NCBI GenBank assembly: GCA_043228905.1
Contig: JBHGNT010000012.1
Coordinates: 18,538,001-18,602,000, forward strand
Origin: Azolla caroliniana
Lineage: Eukaryota; Plantae; Polypodiophyta
Length of the DNA: 64,000 nt
Direction: 5' to 3'
The notes under the pieces were generated by a model. That model did no database searches and had not been told where the DNA came from. It saw nothing but the letters and a program-made list of their open reading frames with translations. Every line of letters begins with the position of its first letter. Positions within the stretch are counted from its first letter, which is position 1. The translations under genes were made by a program, and so were the position numbers. Below are positions 22,886 through 35,301 of this stretch, one piece after another.

Positions 22886-25471
22886 GGGCTTCGACAAGAG
22901 ACACAAGACGAGTTAGATTTTGTTTAAAAAAAACGTTTGGAGAGGGGTTTAGGGTTTTAGTCTAGACTAGACTACATATAGATAGAGTTGGATATAAGGT
23001 TATAATGGTAGTAGGTAGTAATACTAGTAGAGTGGAGCAAGCATTAAATGTATTGTATGTAGCTCATTTTACTACTAGGGTTTAAGGGGTTTAGGGTTTA
23101 GGATCTCCATATTCTTACCGCATGAAATGAAGTCCCTATCCATCCCTTTCCAATCCGTAAGTGTGTTGCGTGCCTATGAAACGGAGCAAAGGAGGTCGGG
23201 GTTTTGCATGTTGCCTTCAGAGTTTGAATGTTTCGGTTGGTGTATATATGTATGTGTGCACCTAATAGGTTCACATATGTAAAGGACCACCCCTAAGTCT
23301 AGGTGTGTTTAGGGTTTAGGGTTCAAGGGGTTTAGGGTTTAGGGTCTCCATATTTGTATGTAGCTCATTTTACTACTAGGGTTTAGGGTTTGGGGTCTCC
23401 ATATTCTTACCACATGAAAAAAAGCCGCTATCCATCCCTTCTCGATCCATGTGTGATTGTGAAATGAACGTGAGCACGTCACAGGACCAACAAAGCAAAG
23501 GAGGTCGGGGTTCCTCATGTTGCCTTGAGCATTACTGCCATAGTTTGAATGTTTATTATGGTGTATATATGAATGCGTGCACCCAATAGCTTCGCAATAT
23601 GTATGGAACAATTCCTAAGTCTAGGACCAGGTGTGCTCATGTGCATCTATGTACTGTGTACATATGTATGTGTCAATGCACATAGCGCCGCCCATTTCCA
23701 CAAGTTTGTGTGTAATTTTAAACGTCTATTTATGCATGCGCCTGAATTTGAGCTAATGTGGACATGAACAAAACTCGTCCCGATCCTTAATTGTGTGGTG
23801 AACAAGTATATCGACAATGCATGTGTAAAAACACAGGTATATTTGTGAATGTGCAAAGTTGCGTGTACGCATGAATGTGTACATAACCATTTTCTTCCCA
23901 CGCAGGTATAATGTGTCTTTTGGGACAGGAGCGAGAAGGGTTGTTAGAAAAGGCACTTTAAGAAGTATTGAAGGCACAGGTGTGTGTAATCATGTGTGTA
24001 ATGAAAATGGTGTGTGAAGAATAAAACAAAAGGGATGCACATTTGTTTTCTTTTTCCCTTTCTTAGGTGTGAAGTGGGTGGGTGAAGGAGACCTAAGAGG
24101 TGTAAACCCTAGGCCTAGTTGAGAACTTGCATTCTCTTGTGTCGAACCTATGATGAGAGGACTTAGACTCTCATGTTGAGCTAAACACGAGAGAACTTGA
24201 TCATGAGTCCTCTAGTGTTGGCTCCCCATGAGGGAATGAATTTACGTATGTGATCCAATACAAAGTTTGATGAAGTGATGTTGGTAATGCAAGAGAAACT
24301 AGATCTACCAAATTTGGAGTTATGTGTTTGAATCCCATCATTCTCCAACTTAGACCACTCCCTTAAGTGTGATGAGTGGTCCACGTGGGCCTAAAACAAA
24401 GAGCATCTCCACAAGTTCCATGCGAACATAAGTTCTCTCTCGTGGAGAGCCTTGTTGAGTATCCATTTTGCAACGAGCCTTTGTGGGTGACATTTGGTTC
24501 GCTCTACCTACACAAAATAGTGTCTTTTTCTCTCTCTCGTGGAGATATTTGTTGAGTATCCAATTTGCAACAAGCCTTTGCAAGTGACATTTGGTTCGAT
24601 CTACCTACACAAACTAGTGTGCTTGCAAGTTCCATGGGAAAGCAAATGTTTTCTCTCATGGAAAACCTTAGTGAGAATTTATTTTGTGTCAAATGTAACA
24701 AGAAGATTAACTCGCCAATGGCTTCACCAAGGAATTCCTCATCTTCTTTTTATTGCGTCATCCCTCAAGCATAGACCGCTTAAACTATTAAAACTTATAA
24801 ATGTATGCGTATGAACGAAATTGCAACTCGTTGAATCTAAAGTGGTTTTAATAGATTATAAGGAAAGTGACAATAAATCCCATAAATTAGCATAAGTTTT
24901 CGATAAAATGAAACGAGATGTTTTAAAAAGGGGGATCCATGAAACAGTGGCCATCATAAGCCTCCCACATGCCATTGTGATTCGCTTCAAAGTTCATGAT
25001 CAACAAAGCTTGGTCATCTTGTCACACAACTTTTTTGCATTTTTCCTGCATTTTCCTCACTTCGCATATGCCACATCACGAGGAACGTCACAATCTTAGA
25101 TCTGTGCTTCTCATAAATTTGTAGAAAATTTTCATGTCCAACACAAATCGATTATGAAATACCACACATTCTTGCTAGTACCAGATTAAATCAAATCGGA
25201 TACCTAAAAACTAATTTTGAGCACAAATGCATCCAAACTCTTTGCTCCAGAAATGAGTTTTTATCTACATTCCACCCAAAGCTGGTCATGATTTATGGAA
25301 TTGGTTGTACAAATACTTTTCTTTTCTCTCTGCGTTGCATTTTGGAACTTTATGTTTCTTGATCCATCTGAAACACAATGTCATGAAACCTTCAGGTATT
25401 GACTCCCTATATTACAACAGCTCAAATTCCGAGCAATTTTCCTCCTTTTGTGAGGAGTTGCAACACTGATT

Positions 25472-28095
25472 TTAATGGGTCTTCAAAAGCTGAAAGAAAT
25501 TACTGTCAACCTTAAAACCAAGTGCTGCCAGCATGTGCTTCATCTTTCCTTCAGCATCAGCAACCTTGTGAAGCCCTAGCCAAGTATCGATGATAAACAA
25601 CTTCTTCATTACAAACAATTCTAGACCATCAGGATTGAAGACAATACCCAATCTCCTGCTTATCTGCGAGAATGTCACGAGCTTCTATTACAATCCAGCA
25701 TCTATTCACATGGACATGCATAGACTTTAAAAATTGATGAAGTATCTACAATGGATGTATCAGTGTTCACCATTATATATGCATGTGTGTGTATTAGGGT
25801 TATATATGCATGTATGAAGAATCAGATTGGTGTGTTCCACTTTGCAATACTCTATGTGTATAGACCAAATATACACTATTTTTCATCCTCATACAGTACT
25901 CTGCAGTATCATTATAATCTTGAGCCCCGATCCTATTAAGTTTTAGGAACCTAATTTCAATTATTAATGAGTAGCCTTGATACATGAGAGTGTAGGAACC
26001 TAATTTCAATGTTTCACGAATAACCTCGATGCATGAGAGTGTAGCGACCTATAGACGCAATTAATAAGGAGCGAGCAGATAATATACATAATAGCATAGC
26101 CAAAGCTAGCAGAATTAGCCCTACCAAACCAAGCAATTGTGTCTTTAGCCAACATGGTGGCCATCCATAAACTAACGGGAATATGTCTGACTGGCCTAAT
26201 TGACACTAGTAATTGCTAAGTTCACTTGTATGCTCATAGCATTAGCCTGGTTGAATGAGTCATAATCAAAATCAATGCTCAACAATCAATTTGGACTTGC
26301 ATCATTAAAAGATCCAACTACCACTAAATATTATGAGGTATTTGGATCTTTTAATGATGCAAGTCCAAATTGAATACAGCCCTTCAAACACTAATAGTCA
26401 TTTCACAAAAGTTACTTATTATCTTTATGTAAATTTAATAAGAGCACAGATCAGCATGCATTTTTAATCAACAAAGTTTCCAAAACTTAACCTGGTGAGG
26501 CACCAACATGGCAGCGTATCGAGCAAGCTCCCCTGCTTCGCAATCCAATACAATGGGAAGCCAAGGATACGCAGCATCAAGACGGATGAACCATAACCTT
26601 ACATCAGACATTTCTGAAAATTCGCGAGCATCATAAGGATCTTCCCGCTCATAATCTATAATGAACCCAACAGTTTGTTCCAACAATTCCGTTGGATCTT
26701 GAGAAGATTGAGTTGTTTTATCACCTGCAAGTCAATGGTATCCCTGCAATCAGAACCAAATAAGACTTCAACTTCTAAGCTCTAACATCACTGTCAACAA
26801 AGACACATTCATATACATAAAATACATTAAAAAACACATATACAGGCATACAAATATATGTACATATTGATAATTTATAATGTTCAATATATCATCATCA
26901 TTACCACTATGGTGTACATATGCCCCCAGAACCGCATGTGCAGGTGATAAGTCCAAATTTCTAATTATCTCATTATTGATAACTATGTTGATCCGGTCCA
27001 CTTTCGGAGGAGGTGGGGATTGCGTTAGTACATCTGTCATGACTGAATGAGATAAATGATCAGTGAATGTCAACAATTTTATGGAAGTTATTATGATAAT
27101 GCATTTATTGCCGGCACAAACAACAGATTAATGTATGCTTAACAAATATTTCATCTGTGTAGTACCTTGGATGTATGAAAGTTTCACTAAAGAGTAAATT
27201 TGGCCCTCAAGACTTATAGCAAGGATAGTTCAGGTTGAGAGTTCAAGTAGAGATATATGATGGTTGAGCTGTTACATTCTCTGAGAATCTTACATACTAT
27301 AATTTGAAAGAGCATGTTTTGAAGGTAAAAAAACTATATATAATAAAACAAATATCATTTCAAATGCCCTACTTTCTGTCCATTAATTTGTTAAAAGATA
27401 CAATAGGCTCCCTTGTCTGCTGATAATGTTCTAACATCCTTCTTCTCATCCACACATCGTGATTATCTATTATAGCATTCCAGTTCTTCTCGCACCAAAA
27501 TATTTGCAAGTTCTTATTTTCATCCACATATAACATGGGTATTTAGAAGAGCGCTTTCATCTATCCTTGTGGGTTACAAATTTCCACAGCTTTACATTTA
27601 AGTCATAATGCCTTCAGATTACCACATTCAACATACTCAACATCAACTTAAACGAGCCAGAAACCCTAGTTCTGCAACATTTCCAGGCCTTTGTCATATA
27701 ATCATACATACATATATAACGGTTTGGTTCATTGAAATAGAAAACCCCCAATTCCACCACATTAAAATGCCGATCACTTCCCACAGTCAATCATGCCATC
27801 AACCAAAATTTGAGCATCAACGCCTCTGATGAAATGAACAGAAATCACAAATTTAGGAGAAGAACGTTTTAATGGGAAAAAAAGGGGTCTTGCCTTCCTC
27901 GTTATAAACTTCTTCCAGCGATGGCAGCTCGATTTTCCTGTAAGGATCGTACACATGCTGAGGACGGAAGGTTCTCTTTGACGAAGAAGGATCGATCTTA
28001 ATCCTGAACCCAAACCTAAACCCATCAGAGACAGAAGGTGCTCTGATTGGCGTGGCGTAACAGAAGGAAGTCGTGGAAGAGATTAAGCGCGCCAT
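25472..28095 (-). CDS. CRR6: CRR6 chloroplast NDH assembly factor; exons 28095-27894, 27033-26905, 26724-26492, 25663-25472 (251 aa)
   Basis: Motifs TVGFIIDYEREDPYDAREFSEMSDVRLWFIRLDAAYPWLPIVLD..GELARYAAMLVPHQ and GIVFNPDGLELFVMKK; Ser/Thr/Arg-rich transit-peptide-like N-terminus; phase-consistent splice sites. Confidence 0.92.
26286..26373. repeat. Perfect 32-bp inverted repeat (hairpin) in CRR6 intron 3
   Basis: tcaatttggacttgcatcattaaaagatccaa (26286-26317) and its exact reverse complement (26342-26373). Confidence 0.95.
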
Positions 28096-28269
28096 ATCTA
28101 TCCTCTTCCCAGAAGAAGCGTCTCTCTCTGTCTCTCTGTCTCTCTCTCCACTGACAGTATATAAAATTCTGAGTATTTACAAAACTAATCACAACAATCA
28201 ATAATAGGATAGACATAAAAAAAAAATTTATGTGTTTTTCTTTTCCTGTTTTTTATGGTGATTAGCTTA

Positions 28270-28631
28270 CCCTAATGATAATTAGCTTACCATTAGCGTA
28301 ATTAGCAAAACCCTAAACCTCTGCATTGTAAGCACTACTACGTCTTCGGTTCGAAACCAATTTTCGTCACTTCTCTATTTCTCCAATTTCCTCCCCTTTC
28401 AACTACTCCATACATACATATCCTCGTAATTTACTAGATGCCAATGTAAACCCTAATGATAATTAGCTTACCATTAGCGTAATTAGCTAAACCCTAAACC
28501 TCTGCATTGTAAGCACTACTACGTCTTGGGTTCGAAACCAATTTTCGTCACTTCTCTATTACTCCAATTTCCTCGCCTTTCAACTACTCCATACATACAT
28601 ATCCTCTTAATTTACTAGATGCCAATGTAAA
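28270..28631. repeat. Tandem duplication, ~181 bp x2, in the CRR6 promoter region; each unit contains an AAACCCTAAA telo-box
   Basis: ccctaatgataattagcttaccattagcg...ctagatgccaatgtaaa occurs twice. Confidence 0.92.
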
Positions 28632-28672
28632 ATGTAGGGGGTTGAACCCATGACCTGTCTATCTCTCTCTCC

Positions 28673-28710
28673 CTCATGGGTCAATTTTGTCCTTAGAAGA
28701 CGTTAATATT

Positions 28711-28740
<30 letters not shown>
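28673..28740 (+). mobile_element. Extremely 5'-truncated LINE family A 3' end with (TTTC)n tail
   Basis: ctcatggg..ccttagaagacgttaatatttctttctttc matches the reverse complement of the 3' ends at ~5700-5748 and ~13300-13350. Confidence 0.8.
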
Positions 28741-28741
<1 letters not shown>

Positions 28742-28752
28742 CTCTCTCTCTC

Positions 28753-29720
28753 TTTTGGTAAAAGCAAACAATTATATTAATTGTATGTAAAATTTTCGAT
28801 TGATACAACACTTCTTAATCTCCCCTACCTATCTCTCCTATGCTTATGAGCCTATGTAGGGAGAGGGACGTCCTGTAATGCCATTAGAAAACCTGAATAT
28901 GCATTTGAAGAAATGATCCCCACATGCTCTAACATCCAGAAGTTCCACTTAAGAATTCCTTTCAACTTCTTCATATAGGCTTTCACCCCCATGTCTACTA
29001 TCAAACATGAAGGCATTACATGCATATCCAATTATGTTGCAGTTCCCAATATTGTAAAAATTGGAACAATATCTCTATCTCGTCGTCATTTGGACCATTG
29101 TGAACATATGGAGAAAAAACCTATTATCGAGGCCTCAAATAACAACGGGTTAAAACTTGTTAAATGTTCGGTCAGTACTTCTAAATGGTACACATTATAG
29201 GACATTTAATGAACCTATGTGTACTATCCTCCAATTGAATGGAATGGTGCAAAAGAAACACGTGCCTGACTCTAGTCCTCGTCTCTTTAAGGTTGAACCT
29301 AATGGGAGCCCACCAATCATGACTCTCCATATGAATACCTTTGCACAAATGGCAAAGTCAAGCATGTTGTAATATTTTCCACCACCTTGCATTCAACTTA
29401 CATACATTCCATGCCTTTTTGGCTTTAGGATATAGCCAAGATAATGATGCCATTGCATTATGATACCATACATTTGTAGTGATTTGTAACGAGTGTGTAC
29501 CATCCTGTAACCACCAATCCACCCACGGTGCAACATTTGTTTTCAATGTCAAAGATCCATGCAACAATGGTATATCTTGTAATTTCTCCCAAATAAATCC
29601 ATAATTTGGGGGAATACATAACCATCGTTTTCTATCTTCAAATTCCAACCACCTTTGAGATTCATATCAACCGCATCTTCCAAATGTACAATCCCCAATT
29701 GAAATAAACGATTGAATTAA
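28753..29720 (-). mobile_element. Degenerate L1-type LINE 3' fragment (zf-RVT region)
   Basis: KVFIWRVMIGGLPLGSTLKRRGLESGTCFFC is the RT-associated zinc-binding signature; frameshifted. Confidence 0.7.
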
Positions 29721-30686
29721 GATTTCAGCTAAATTTGTGTGTGTGTGTGTGTGCCTATCTATGCATGCATATCAGACCAAACATTAGCCTTCTCACGTGA
29801 CACTTATCGTGTGTCACACAATGTGTGTCCATATATGATGTGATTTTGGCTTCGGGCTCTTGTGATTGATGGTATGGAACAATATCTGTCGATCGATAGT
29901 AATGGTACGAAGATATGCTCTCAAAATAATTCATATGATTTCTTCAATTTATGCACTCGAAACTTGGCTATATGTATGCATATGCATCATGAAGCAAGGC
30001 GCAAATAAATCACGATTCTCGAGAGGAACCTCAAACTTGAGATGAATGTATGAAAGATCCAAAGAACATTACCAAAAATGAAAGTCTCGTTTACCTCTGC
30101 CTACCATGTGAGAGCTAGCTAGAGCTTAATATATAGTGGGGCATGAGAACTTATATGCCTTCTTCTAGTTAAAGGAATGTTGAGCAATATATGTGGCAGA
30201 GACTCCAGTGATAAAGGCCAAAAATCTTGAGCCCAATGTTGTTGAGGTCACTGTTAAAGCTGCACGAGTGTTCAATAGTTTTCTAGTTAATTATGTTGCA
30301 AACACGTTCGCATTCAAAAGTGGAAGGATCGCGCAAAAATGAATGGATAAGGAATATTCCTTCTAATTTTGGGGTTTAGGTACTCTATTCACAAAACATA
30401 ATGATACCAGTATCACATGTTCTCAAAATACCGTTGGAAAACCTAAAAAATTCATCATTTCCTAAACTTGAAAAAATGCTATAATTATGCTATAATCGAA
30501 ATGGTACAATGTTCACTATCACTGAGAAGTCAAGAAGTAATGTATTTTATAACAAACAATGTTTGTACAAAGCAATAATATTTCTAAACATAACTTTTAC
30601 CTCTTTCGAGTATTACAAACAGCACTCTCTTACAATAGATACCAAAATTACATTGACGAGTGTAACATTTACAAAAATCACTCATA

Positions 30687-32280
30687 TCATGATCCAGAGT
30701 CGCTACTATAACTAACATACAATGCGGATTGTTCCTTGTCATCTTCGGATGTACCTATTAAGGCATTGTCTTCATCTAAAACTAGATGTTGACATTCCAT
30801 GTTATGTGTTGACGATCTTGTTTGCCTTCGACTTGAGACCCCTTGTAGAATAGGTAATTTCTCCTTGATGATATCTATTGTAGATTTCCTGAGACGTCCA
30901 GCTTTTGTTAGTGTGAAGTCATAAACAATAATATCTACGTCACCAATGTCTAGGCATGAAGTGCTACGAATATTTCTTTTCCTCTTTCTATTCCCCCTTG
31001 ACCGTGGACATTCCATCATCTCTAATGTATACTTGCCGGTAAAGGCATTGGTTCTAGTGTTGTAACAATGCACCTTTATAGACCGTATTTGGCTTTGGTT
31101 CTCATGCATCACCACATCTAAAACCTTACCAATCCAAAATTGATGTCCCAACTCATTATCATCACCAGGTGTAGCAATTAACATACCCACCTTCAATTCT
31201 TGCAAGTTTCCTTGCCACCTCGTTTCCGTTATTTTCGTCAACTTGGGTCCAACATATATGTCCCTTTGTGGTGGATGGAGCAAGCTATCATTAATCGCAT
31301 TAGGTGCAAGAGGAGAAGTCTGAGAATTACGACATTGTTGTATATTCCATGTGAAGGGGATTTGCACGGTCCAAGTACCAAGGACACAGTTGTCAACAAT
31401 TTGTTCTTGATCTGTAAAGAACACATCCCAACATGACATGTCTTGTTCCCCAACATACTTCTTCGCATTATCAATGTGCTTGCGTTTGTCTTGTAGTGCT
31501 TGCATCCAAACGTCCTTTTGACTATCAGCTAGTACATTGGTGACCACTTTTTTAGTCTCAATCGGCATTTGTCTTGCACCATAAACAAAAGTAGAAGGCA
31601 TATGAAGTAGAAACTGACACCTGCCTTCAGGCTCCCATTCATGGGAGGATGAATATTGCTTTGCATATAATAATGTACAGCCACTATGATCATTTTATTA
31701 TTATTAAGAATAGGTGGTTGAAACTTATATTATTTAATGGCGTTAACACTTTGGCATTTCACTCTCCACCATCTGAGATGTATCTCTTGAAATCATATAT
31801 TTCCTTCAAGTGTTCCACAATTGGGTGTGACCTATATGCATCACGAATTATGTTGAACAACTTAGGTAACGTGAAAGCATCATATCGTGATAACTGCCTA
31901 GAGAAGTTATTAAACATTTGATCGATATGGTCATGTGTGTGGCCAAACAATAGAAAGTTAACTTTCACTTTCCTAAAAATTCCTTGGTTCACCAGCATAC
32001 TTAGATAACGAAAGACCGTAGAATTTTTGTTTTCACAAGCAGTATTGTCAAGTTGAATATATAAAGTCGGTGGGAAAGACTGCCCCCAAGACATAAAAAC
32101 TTTTTGAATCACAGTGACTGTTAAATTAGGGTCATTGTGGACATTTGGGTAGGTAACAAAGACATGAGGCTTAACACTTCCATTATACGCTAAACAACCT
32201 ACCAAGTGCATCTGCACAAGACAATCATCGTTGACATCTGTAGGAGGACATTTAAGATGAGGTAGACACGTCTTCTCCTT
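30687..32280 (-). pseudogene. Frameshifted, 5'-truncated DDE transposase (DUF7869/Sola-like) with a C-terminal BAH/Tudor-like segment
   Basis: KTCLPH, TLYIQLDNTACENKN and VNFLLFGHTHDHIDQMF motifs. ORFs 31759-32217 and 30687-31601 are joined by a frameshifted linker (..LYAKQYSSSHEWEPEG..). The C-terminal part has KVGMLIA..FWIGKV..IKVH. Confidence 0.75.
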
Positions 32281-33139
32281 CTCTGTCGTTGTCTCTGTAC
32301 GTCGTATCGAGTTCTTATTTAGCTCCTAACACCATAGCTCGATACGTTGTATCGAGTTGAGACCCCCAACTCAGGTACGCCGTATCGAGTTGAGGCTCCT
32401 AACGCCAGAACTTGATATGTCGTATTGAGTTCAGGGTCACAGAGCCACTGGGGTAGTTAGACCATACTATTAATGTACATTAGATCATCAGAAACACGAA
32501 AGCAAACATTAATAAGAAGTAAAAACATGTTTAGAAATTCTGAATTAAGGTCAAAATACAATAGAATTTGGCCTGTCATTTGAGATCTAGACACTCGTGG
32601 GGATGTCAAAATTCCAGTAATTTGAGGGTTTAGAGAACTCAGAGACATTAGGTATACATTTATCTTGCCTTGTAATCAAGTTCCTAGGTTTCGAACCCTA
32701 TTTCCCCCATCCTACAAGTCCTTTACACCACTTACTAGGAATGTGCTTATTGTAACACTGAAATGAGGCCAAAACATTACTGGATTGCTAATTTGGCACA
32801 CCATACCACCTTCATTTACTAGGAATGTGCATATTGTAAGACTGAAGTGAGGCCAAAACATTACCATACCACCTTACTACCTTACTACCATTGCCAATTA
32901 GGAGGATATAGGTTTAGATTTCACTATTCCGTTATCTGAACTCCCTTTCTAGTGCCTCTTATTAGGTTTTTGACCTTATTACTACACCCTTTAAGTAGGT
33001 CCTTACACAAGTTGTTAGGCAAGAGCTTAATGAGGCCAAGCTATTTTTTGAATTCTCATTTTCCAAACCTTACCATCTTACAATACATTATCATTTGAGA
33101 GAATGTAGGTTTAGGTTCACTGTTCTATTATTTCATGTA

Positions 33140-33840
33140 GGTCTACTGATCCTATGGAGGAGAGGCCACTCAAAAAAATTCAGATTAAGTATTAAAGCTC
33201 TCCTCCAGAGAAAACAAAGATCCATGTTGTCACTTATCCGCAAAAGGGAAAGAAACTCGTGTTTGAGGATGAAGTCGTGAGGCAGCCGTCTAACGAAGTT
33301 AGTCAGAAGACATCTATCATGGCTGGAGGAGGTGAAGACCAGCTGGACAGAGACTTAATTGGACATGAGTGGGCATTGCAATATGTCGACTTGAAAAAGA
33401 AGGTAGTACTCTTAGTTTCCAGACTGGTTGGACGTGGGATGCTTGCCCAAGATTGGCCATTTAGCTATGGCAAAATTTTGCAGCTTGATTATGAAGATGC
33501 GGACTCAATTAATTTGATTGTGTTAGTCAACTGTACAAAAGGAGTCCATAAGATGACCGTCTTCGAAGACTACTTGTTGAAGGATTCATGCGGGCCAGAA
33601 TCCTTCCGGAATGTTATTGAGACAAGTACCAACCTGATAACAACACTGAGGCCATACATTCAAGATCAGAGAACCACATAAGATGCACGTCCAAAACTTA
33701 TAGTGGGACGGAAGGATGCATTGGTAGATATTGGGGAGTATTTGCTTTATTGGAGGGGATTACACAACAACAATCATGTTTCTATGGTTGATGGTTGTCT
33801 GGATTGGATGTGTGGAGGACTATCAATGTGTGTTCTATAT
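33140..33840 (+). pseudogene. Unknown interrupted ORF (core 33259..33681)
   Basis: Protein-like composition across frameshifts or stops; no family recognised. Confidence 0.3.
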
Positions 33841-35133
33841 AGATTATTAGTACTCCATTTGTATATATGTGTTTAACTTCTTGATTTAGTGTTTATGTGT
33901 ACACAATCAAATGAAAATTTTAATACATGCTTCAACGTTACTATTGGAGTGTTGTCTCTATTTTGGCACCCAAAAATTTAGCATTGCCTATGCCTTAATA
34001 ATTGTCATATAATATGTTTTGGGTATATTCTTGTATGTCTAATGTCATGTAAACTAATAGTTATGAGTACGCTTTCTACTTCTAATTTTCATGTGTTGTC
34101 ATGAACATATACATTTGGTATTATATCCTAATGATCTTTACTAAGGATTAATTGCGATGTATTGTATTCAATAATATCAATAATATATAAATATCAATTT
34201 CTCAAATACCATATACACCTCTCTTGGAAAGTTTAACCATTGTAAACCTCTGCATTTTACATCTCACGAAAATGGAATCCCTGTTTGTTAATGCTTTCCT
34301 CAAATAATTAATTTGTATCAAATGAATGTGTTGTAAACCCCAACCCTAAATTTGTAAACATTGCAAAAATAAATCTCATACATTTATATTTTCTCCAATA
34401 AATAGCATGTTCTCTAGGTATAGAGATGCGTCGGATTAAGAAATCAATAAATTCACCATCGTTGGTTGATCATGTGATATTGGTGCATGTCCGATTTCAC
34501 AACATGCTAAAATTGTGTGACTACAAAGGGAATCTAAAAGTGGAATGCGCGATCCTTCCACTTCTGAACACGAACGTGTTTGCAATTTCCTTTGTAATAC
34601 TGGACTTTTTTGTACATTGCCTTTGGTCACTTTATGTTAATACCAATGGAGGATATTTTTATGGAAAAAAAAACTTATATGCCTTCTTCTCCAAAACACA
34701 TTTTCTTTGGTTTATTGATGGTTCTTCATTGAACTCATTAGGGTTTCTCGCATATTGTCTAAAGTTTAAACACATTGCGACTAGAGGTCTCGAGGTCATG
34801 ATACGTGGACACAATTTTGCATGTCACAATTTCAACTACGTTTTTGTCGGGCCCTATTTTTTATTTTGTCTCCATGTAGATTTCTCTATAACGTCAATGT
34901 CTTGGTGTGGGACATGGTTATTATTAAGAAATATATTTTGCTTACATAATGTTTTATGCATCTCTTTCTCAAATGTCATATCCCATTAATTAACGACACA
35001 ATAGTTTACTACATCCATACTTTGTGCTAGTGCTATAATTCTGTTTCTATTGGTCGATAAAAACGTTGGCTACAGTATGCCACCTTGCGTAACTATTGTA
35101 CCCCAAACAAAAAACCATATGATGTCGCTTGCG

Positions 35134-35301
35134 CTCGATAAGAGCCGTTGGTTATATGCTACAAGACTTACAATATTAAAACACTTCCCAACCCGCGCCT
35201 CTTCTCACGAATGTTACTATCTCGATAAGAGCCTTTGGTTATATGCTACTAGACTTACAATCTTAAAACACTTCCCAACCCACGCCGCTTCTCACGGATG
35301 T
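35134..35301. repeat. 87-bp tandem duplication
   Basis: ctcgataagagcc.ttggttatatgctac.agacttacaat.ttaaaacacttcccaaccc.cgcc..ttctcacg.atgt x2. Confidence 0.9.

Noticed and set aside
18940-23400. True chromosome end
   Set aside because: The telomere motifs are short, degenerate and interspersed with exons, and genes continue on both sides.
26725-26745. Upstream alternative acceptor for CRR6 exon 3
   Set aside because: It shifts the frame and reaches TGA within seven codons.
34426-34989. 187-aa hydrophobic ORF
   Set aside because: T-rich composition typical of a chance ORF in AT-rich repeat DNA; no motifs.
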